DNA of 59,356 nucleotides, counting the filler, from Sphacelaria rigidula (Eukaryota): NCBI GenBank assembly GCA_964200075.2. It is 6 parts of 6 records of this genome, joined end to end, with 100 filler letters (N's around TTAATTAATTAA, not from the genome) between each part and the next. Parts side by side here need not be neighbours in the genome. Positions count along the whole stretch, not along the records: positions 49,549 to 59,356 come from CAXNAA020007714.1; 5 more parts are not named here. One strand, written 5' to 3'. The notes below the pieces were generated by a model, which was given only the letters and a program-made list of their open reading frames with translations, searched no databases and was not told the origin of the DNA. The translations under genes were made by a program, and so were the position numbers. Every line of letters begins with the position of its first letter. The stretch's first letter is position 1. This document shows, piece after piece, positions 51,545-59,356 of the stretch.

Positions 51545-53739
51545 CTTTTCGAGGGGTATCAGGACAACGGGGGATGGGAGGTGCAGAGGAGAGTGACTCG
51601 TGCTTGATATTTGGCCAGGGATTCAATCATACGTGTAAGACAGAGTAGGTAATCACCTCCTGCACAAATACGATACATACATATGTACATGAGTCATTTC
51701 ACATTTTTCACCACTATTGCCAAGCTTTCTGTGACGGCAAGGCATTTCTTCATGCGCTTTCTTTTGCAGCGCACTGAGAAGGCTCAGCGGTACATTACCG
51801 TTCAGGTTTGGGTGTCATCTAGTACCTGTGACGCGTGTTCTGGCCATCGAAAGTCGCTCAAACTGACCCTTTTTCGCGGGGTGTCGATCCCGAACGACAA
51901 AAGACTCTACAAGATCATGGTAAACCTGAAACGAAAACCCGAACCACAAAAGAAACCTGTAGGAAGATTATGGAAATCTTCAAACAGGATTACTTTGGAC
52001 GGGGTATTTTACCCCGTGTTTCTCTCTGTCGCGTTCTCGTTCATTTGGGAGCACGAGCACACCGGATACGCTGCCAATGCCACGAGAACATGAGAGCGAA
52101 GCAGTTGAAAACCAACTGAACATTGCCTTGGCCTTAGTCAGCAGCAAACGCGGGACCGTGCAATGGGCCGTTGGCGAGTTTAACAAGGCAAAGCATCACG
52201 GCAGTACAGGAATGTTTTGCCGCAAAAACAATCACCCTGTTTTGAAAAAAGGCCCGGTAATATGGAAGCCATAGTGATGTATAATGAACATGCCAAGAAT
52301 GTTCCACGCATTCCAATTTTTCGGGAGTGTCTCCACCTGCCTTGTCTTTGTGGCACGAGAGCTACTTCGCACTCTGGCACCTCGGAAACATTACACATGT
52401 CCTCCGCCGGCGGTTCCGCCGTCGGCCTCCGTCTGGATTCCCATGTTTCCAAACGACTTCCGATAACACATGCGATGTTTTGTACGGCCACGATCACTAC
52501 TGTACATCAAGATACAGCAGCTTCTCTCAACCATATGGCTTCGACTTGCGTTACCCCCGGGAGGCCCGTATCAACCTTCTGAGGAGTAAACCTTGTATAT
52601 ATATATATATATATATCGTTACTCCCACGGACAACAGGGCTATGGATCGTGCTTTACAGTCGGTGACGGCAAAGTGGCTCTACTTTGATGTCAAATGGCC
52701 GTTTGTACCACGTAAAAGCGGTCCGATACACGGATACCGTTGGTATCCATACCCTGAACAAAATAACTGTATAGCCAGTCTATCGAAAATCTCTCATCAC
52801 TGATCACAGATCAATATCCAATGGAAAATGACCTGTTGTGTGTTGTGTTGTGCTTCCGTCCTATTTATTCTGGACGCCTGCAACTTCCGGTGTACGTGGG
52901 TACACCATAACAGCCGGGGTCACACATGAGGAAGATCACGTAGGAGTTATTTTCTTCAAGATTTTCCCCACCTTCCTTTTACGATGTTTGCCTTCTTTTT
53001 TTTTGCGAGAAGTGGGTCGGCCGTTCCTTGTCGTCTTTGACGGTTGAATCGAATTTCGTCCACTCACAATCGCCTTCCACCGTTTGGCGTATTGGGAGAA
53101 AAAAACGGTTAAGATCGTATAAATCTCGCTTTATGGCCGGTACTGTAACGGCAGGCTACCTACACCCCGTAACCGATACATGAAACGCTGCATAGATATC
53201 ACCAGTCGAAATAATCTCGTACAAGCAGAGGCGACGGAAGCGAGATGTAACAGTAGGCTACTACTCTAGAGTACCAGCAACCACCGGGGAGAGGTTGAAT
53301 GCACAGTGGTAGTCAAAACATCGGGGGCCGTAAAAATCGTGGAAACACCTTTTAATAGAGTAATCATGTAACGGCAAGCAACAGAGACACATGGACGATG
53401 GTCGACATAGTCGTGCAGATAGCGAGAGCAAGTAGTAATCGATACACCCAGTAATCAAAGTCAGCAAAGGTGAAGTGCGTCTACCGAAATCATTTATCAA
53501 AATGCAAGGAAGCGGGGGAAGAAGAGGGAAATTTGCTGTTCAATATCCCTTCCAAAATGGAACTTCAAGAATGGGAGTGCAGTCGTAGACCCAGGGGAAG
53601 AACTTTTCTTAAACCTGCCGGATGCCGAATAGTTTCAAAATTCACCGATGAAAACTACTCTGCGGTACATGGGATGAAAAATGTTCCGAAATCTATCGGA
53701 ATGAATTATCGCACATTCTTTGAAACAAGAATTCAGTAG

Positions 53740-54038
53740 AGTTTACCACTTGGGATGGTAAGAAATTTCTCAGATAGTTCGACTTGATTTTAATATGAAC
53801 AGCGAAAATCCGGATCTTTCATGAAAGCGTGTTCCTAGCTTGCGCAGAACGCGTATTGGTCGGGGCGCCGATTCGAGGTCTGGCAACGCACCCTTTGCCT
53901 ATGTGACACTCTCCACCCCCTCGCCCGGGTTCTTAGTGTGCCTTCGTTGGGGTTAGGGTTAGTGTTAGTGTTGGTGTTATAGTTTGTTCGAAGTTATAAA
54001 GTTTCTGAGAAATTTCTCACCATCTCAAGTGGTAAACT
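53740..54038. mobile_element. MITE with ~33-bp TIRs and an internal TTAGGG-like tract
   Basis: AGTTTACCACTTGGGATGGTAAGAAATTTCTCAGA / TCTGAGAAATTTCTCACCATCTCAAGTGGTAAACT. Confidence 0.75.
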
Positions 54039-54717
54039 GACCTCCAAGAATTAGGGTCGGCCACACAGTCTGCTCATATTGGTTGTTGATTGTGTCCTAA
54101 GTCAGTGGCTCTGCAGTGCCCCCTAGTGTGTGTCTGCATCTACTCCGCTGCCATGAATTCTTAAGGTTTCAAATCTGAGTCTCCTTCTCTGTCCTCCCTT
54201 ATCCCCATCTTCCCCTCTATATACATATATGTGTTCTTTCCTGCTGGTGTATGGCAGAGCAGTGTAGTACCCCTCTTCATTGAGTGTTTTCGTGAATGAT
54301 AGGGTCCATACTCCAAGTAGAGCGTTTGTAGTAGATGAGTTGCAATATTTCCCTTTTCACTGCCTTTTGTTTTCTACGACTGGGTATGAATGTGGTTCTG
54401 CGCAAGACCTTGTACGCCGAAGCCATGTGGCGAAGACCGGCCATTAACTCTCTCCCTTTTTTTTTCTTTTCTTTTTCTTTTTTCTTCCAATGTATTCATT
54501 TTTTTTTTACGTCTTTGGTCTACAATATTGTTCTGTTCTACTACTTCTGATTCTTTTTTTTTTCTTCAGCGGGTATCGTTCAGTCTTGTTTTGTCTTGGG
54601 TACGTCTATCATGTGTGACCACGGCTGGGTCCCTCGGAGGGTCAGTCAAGGTGCGACAATCAATCAATCGATCAATCAATCGATCAATCAATCGGACCAA
54701 TCGAATCAACCACACAC

Positions 54718-54855
54718 CTTCCCGCAATGGGGGCATTCGAGAGTGCTCTTGAACTGTCCATACAGGCTCTCCACGAGGACGCTCCTGTCTCTCTTGCTGA
54801 ACATGTCCCAGCACTCTGCGGCGATCACAGCGTGCGGTCTGCCGCACTCACCGTC
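54718..54855 (-). CDS. USP exon b
   Basis: aaacag|GAC...AAG|gtgtgt. DGECGRPHAVIAAECWDMFSKRDRSVLVESLYGQFKSTLECPHCGK contains the GQFKSTLxCxxC finger. Confidence 0.92.
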
Positions 54856-56292
54856 CTGTTTTGACGGATCGATCGAGATAGAGAAGGGAGAAACAAAAAG
54901 TACAAACGAAAAAAATTAGACACAAGAAAAAACATGATCGGAGGATCGATTGAACACACACACACACATACACACACACGGAGAGAGGGAAAGAGGGATC
55001 AACCCTTTAGGAATCCATTGACAATTTGTGTTTTTGTGAATCGGCATAATTTTGACTTCAAAATGACTGAAAATTATGCCAATTCACGAAAACAAAAATC
55101 GTCGATGGGTTCCGAAGGGTTAACACTCACGCACGCGCACAAAAAAAAAAAAACATATACTCCCGAAAAACACCACAATACACGCGAGGACTTATATTTG
55201 ACGATAAGCCAGCAAAGACCGCATCCGCCTCGATTATCAAAACTCTGAGCCAAAACATCACGTCTCTCGACCGAACGCGGGTCTGACAGAAGAGCAAATA
55301 AGCTACAGATACGAGTTCAACAATGGAGGGGGGAAAATGGGGCTGATTGATACCTTTGAAACTGGAAAAACCACCACCGGTCTGAAAAGAAGGGCTGAAA
55401 AATTGAAGATGAAAAAAACGAACGGTAATCTCAGTAAAAGGTGGAGAAACAGCGGTCGAAGATGACAACCATGAGTCTTAGACCGCTTTCATTTCTCAAT
55501 CCGGTGAGCGATGCTACCCCTCCCCATCCCGCCCCCTTACCCCCCTCCCCTAGCCCACACCAATACCCTCGCTCCCGCCCACTGCCCATCGCTCCAGAGC
55601 CCCCCGTCGTGTGAGAGACAGAAGTAGGGAACAGCAAGTTGGCTATCTTGTAACGATCAATCGACCGAAAATATTGAGGAGAGCAACAGAACACTCTCGA
55701 TCCCTCGCGCAGATGTCCGGTTAGCCATCTACTTAAAAAAAACGTAGCAAAAGGAATGTTGTAGGGGGCATGTACTGTATGACTAGTGTAGCCCATATAT
55801 ACACACAATACCTAATGCGTGTGCCGCACACGAGTTGTAATTACTTGAAAATACATATACATAATATGTACATAATACATCCATCCATGGGAATTGTGAT
55901 TCTGTAGTTTCAGACCGTATGACAAATCGTGTTATGTTTGTTTACAAGATGAATATATTGGATGGAACTTCGTCCTCGGCTCTTGCAAGCTGAATTCTTC
56001 TTGGGTATACGCAAGACGCGGAGTGCACCCCCCCCCCCCCCTTGTCTTCTTCCATCCCCCGAGCCTCTGCCCGCCCAGACAGAAGCGAAAAAAACAAATC
56101 AGAGCATGAGATGAAACCCATTGTCTAGTAATGTTTATACCGTGCGGAGATAGCGTCCATACTAAAGTTCTATTATTGGCTTAAAAAGGGACTCAATAAA
56201 GTGTAAAAACATATAGAGGGCTTGGATTTTTTTTTTTGATTGCTTGGTGTATTTTCTGTTTTAGAACGAGGGGAAAACAATGTTTATATTCA

Positions 56293-56403
<111 letters not shown>

Positions 56404-57560
56404 CTACATTTGTTGTACACAGGATAGATATCCAGCATCCCATCCATCCGCCGATGCATTCACGCGCCCGTCATCATCCACGCATATGCACCCGCCGTCA
56501 TACATGCACGCATCCGTGCATCGTCGACGCACACACACACAAGAAAAAAGCAGAGCGAGAGAGACAGTTCGAGAGAAGAAGGGACTAGACGGTTAGACAT
56601 AGACAGACAGAGAGACAGGGTAGAGAGACAGCGTAGAGAGACAGGGTAGAGATAGACAGGCAGACAGAGGGACAGGGCGAGAGAGAGTGAACAACGCGAG
56701 TTTGAGCACCGTTTTGCCCGCCTGAAACGACGGCCCGACGAGATTCACTTGTTTTCATTTTTCATAAACTCACTCCAAAACTTTCCGCATTCATTGACGA
56801 GGGACAGATGGGAGTAAAAGAAATAGCGACACAAGAATAACCCCCTATTTGGGGTATTAATTATGGGGCTGTTTTTTTCTCAGACTTTTCCGACTTTTTC
56901 GTGCGGGGAATAAAAAAAAACTATCGCTCGGAAAAATGTGACAGCGGGTTTCTTAACCAGATCACGCAAAAGACGAACGATTCAAGACTGACTCTATATT
57001 TCTCCGGAAATCTGGCGTTGGATTTTCCCCCCCGCATTTACTTTCTTGAAAAGACGGAGAAAAAATATGACTTTTCCGAACAAGTAAAAAAAGTCTGAGA
57101 TGAAGAAGAAAAGTTTCGTTGATGTTAATGCCCCCCAAAGAGCGAAATCCGAGCCCTCCACACCCAACGATGCACGTATATCTCACAACATCACACGGTT
57201 TCGGAGACCCGCGATTTGTTCACACAACACCTGTGAGAGAAACACATGACGCTGACAAAAACAGGAGAAGGGCTTCCGAGAACTTTCCGACGTATGAGAT
57301 ATTTACAAGATTGTGTTCCGTGGTGATGATTTTTCGTATACAGGGGGTTGTTACCCGGATATTACCCGTACGCGACAGTTCTGTGTATTCTGTAAGCCTC
57401 CCATACCGATACCCGACAGTTCTGTGTGATCTGTACGAAATATTTACCCTTACCCGGGATGCGAATATACCCTTGTAGAAATAAATACCCGGTTTCGGGT
57501 AAGGGTTGCTGTAAAACCTCCATCCCGTCCTCAACAGGGTCTGTAAGTTCTAGGAGATTT

Positions 57561-57769
57561 CAAGGGCAGATCGAGTAGAGAGTATACTCAATTGCGGGGT
57601 ATTTTGAAAGTCGTACTTCAAGTACTCAAAATGGGGTAGGGTGTTAGGAGTCGTACCCCAAAATACCTGGGAAGCGATCCTCAACACCCTACCTCAATTT
57701 GTGTACTTGAAGTACGACCTTTAAAATTCCCCGCAATTGAGTATACCCTCCCTACTCGACCTGCCCTTG
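57561..57769. mobile_element. CAAGGG hAT-type MITE
   Basis: TIR CAAGGGCAGATCGAGTAG/CTACTCGACCTGCCCTTG, TSD GGAGATTT/GGAGATTC. Confidence 0.85.
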
Positions 57770-58439
57770 GGAGATTCTAGACCGGTACCCTACAGTTCTG
57801 CAAGTTCTGTAAGACGTCTCATGCCCTACCGAACATACCCGTACCCTGCAGAACGCAACCTTGGATACATTACAAGAGCACAAACTACGCATGGCAAACA
57901 ACGTGTCCGGAACTGTTTCCGCAAAGGGCCATAGAACAGCACAGCACAGAAGAAGTGCAGCGCAGTACTAGCTCTGCTTGAAAGAGTTACGAGAATATTC
58001 GGTACAACGGAGGGATCCCACTATGATGCGTAGGGTCGCCGCCCTGGTATGACCCCTTTAAACCGAGACCCCTCAATATATTAGGACCCCGCGCAATGCC
58101 GGTAAGAGTGCACGTTTTTTTAACCGCACTGGACAGAGACCCTACGCATTCGGTAGCACCACGGTGTAGTAATATCTATTCCCGCTGTATTTCAAACCGC
58201 CCTGGAAATCCGGTACCTGCATGATAACCTGAACCTCTTTTCTCTCAATTGGCACAAGCGCACCTCTAAACCTCTCCCCTCGATGGCGGGATGAAACCAA
58301 TGTGGACGGGGGTTAAACGGGTATCGGGAAACCAGGCAGGAAAGATAGACAAGGGGATAGCTGTAGTACACTCCGGGCACGGAACGGTAAAATTGTCAGT
58401 AGTTTCAAGGGAATGAGAGAAATGCTACTCGAGCACAAC

Positions 58440-59061
58440 CGTACTCCAGGAACACCAAAAACAACCACGGAGTTCTACATGGAATTCGGAAAAGAAATCA
58501 ACGAGTGGGCAGGGGCAAATGTGGAGACGTCGAAACGGGAGGATAGTGGCTCGAAAGAATTGCAGAGATAATTCACCAGACATCAAGTGAAGGAGTGCGT
58601 AGCTAGACTAAAGAACAGAAAGGCAGCAGGAGCAGGCGAAATAGGTAATGGGTTTTTAAACTACGGGGGGAGAGGGAATGATTGCCATGATGGTTATGTT
58701 GTACAACTGGATCTGGGAAAACGAGCACACACCCAAGAGGTGGAGAGAAGGAGCAGTCGTCAATCTTTTCAAACAGGGAGACAAGGCTGACCCAGGAAAT
58801 TACAGAGGGATAACCCTACTGAGCACGGTAGGCGAAACATTCTGTAAGATGTTTTACGTCGGCCATTTCTTTCTGTGCTTTGCTTTTGTTAACTTTTTTC
58901 ATTGGTCACTTTTTTGCACGTCTTAGTCTACTATATTGGTCTGTTCGATATATATTTTTCTTCTGTTCCTTATTTTCTTCAGCGAGTGTTTTAGTTTGTT
59001 TTTGTTGGGTACGTCCATCATGACACCACGGCTGGAACCCTGGGGGGTCAGTCAAAGTGCG

Positions 59062-59093
<32 letters not shown>

Positions 59094-59356
59094 GATCCTG
59101 AACGATAGAGTAGGAACGATACTAGAAAAGGAAGACAAAGTCAGCGAGGGACAGGCAGGTTTCAGATCGAACCGTAGTTCCGTAGACCACGTGTACACAC
59201 TAGGTAAGATCATTCAGGGTAGGAAAGACACCGGGTGGACAACGTACTGTTTTTTTCTGTACGCGCAAAAGGGCTTACGACACAGTATGGAGAAATGGGT
59301 TGTGGAAAAAGTTGTGGGAAACTGGGACCAGAGGAAAGATGTGGAGAATGGTGAAG
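58440..59356 (+). mobile_element. Decayed LINE ORF2 (reverse transcriptase N-terminal part), frameshifted and interrupted
   Basis: KAAGAGEI, PKRWREGAVVNLFKQGDKADPGNYRGITLLS, ILNDR...EGQAGFRSNRSSVDHVYTL: non-LTR RT domains 0-2. Confidence 0.9.
58851..59091 (+). mobile_element. Short retroposon with (CAAT)n tail inserted into the LINE RT, TSD AAGAT
   Basis: AAGAT at 58846-58850 and 59092-59096. Removing it rejoins FCK-ILNDR. Related copies at about 50790-51065, 54480-54690 and 10020-10080(-). Confidence 0.85.

Noticed and set aside
52077..52274. HTH_psq-like transposase start (MPREHESEAVENQLNIALALVSS)
   Set aside because: Too short and degenerate, with no TIRs or DDE region found.

Overview
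This is eukaryotic nuclear DNA, not a prokaryotic locus. Short GT-AG exons, kb-long repeat-filled introns and TTAGGG-like tracts suggest a stramenopile, probably a brown alga (inference). The window is six unrelated ~9.81-kb contigs joined by artificial 100-nt N/TTAATTAATTAA linkers, so neighbourhood across linkers carries no information. By splicing phase-compatible exons by hand I recovered five partial genes: VPS35L (contig 1, +), a cyanobacterial-type class I SAM methyltransferase (contig 2, -), the charged N-terminal part of a probable eIF5B (contig 3, -), a tandem YCII/YciI-domain protein (contig 5, -) and a C19 ubiquitin-specific protease (contig 6, -). Contig 4 is almost entirely nested transposon relics. 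The rest is decayed LINEs, tRNA-derived SINEs, hAT/mariner/piggyBac/Harbinger-type MITEs and microsatellites. I found no multi-gene novel system. The best leads are the tandem YCII protein whose first domain appears to lack the conserved His, a poly(A)-less LINE plus partner repeat that seem to target G-runs, and several near-perfect intronic hairpins. All family assignments come from motif recall, not database searches.
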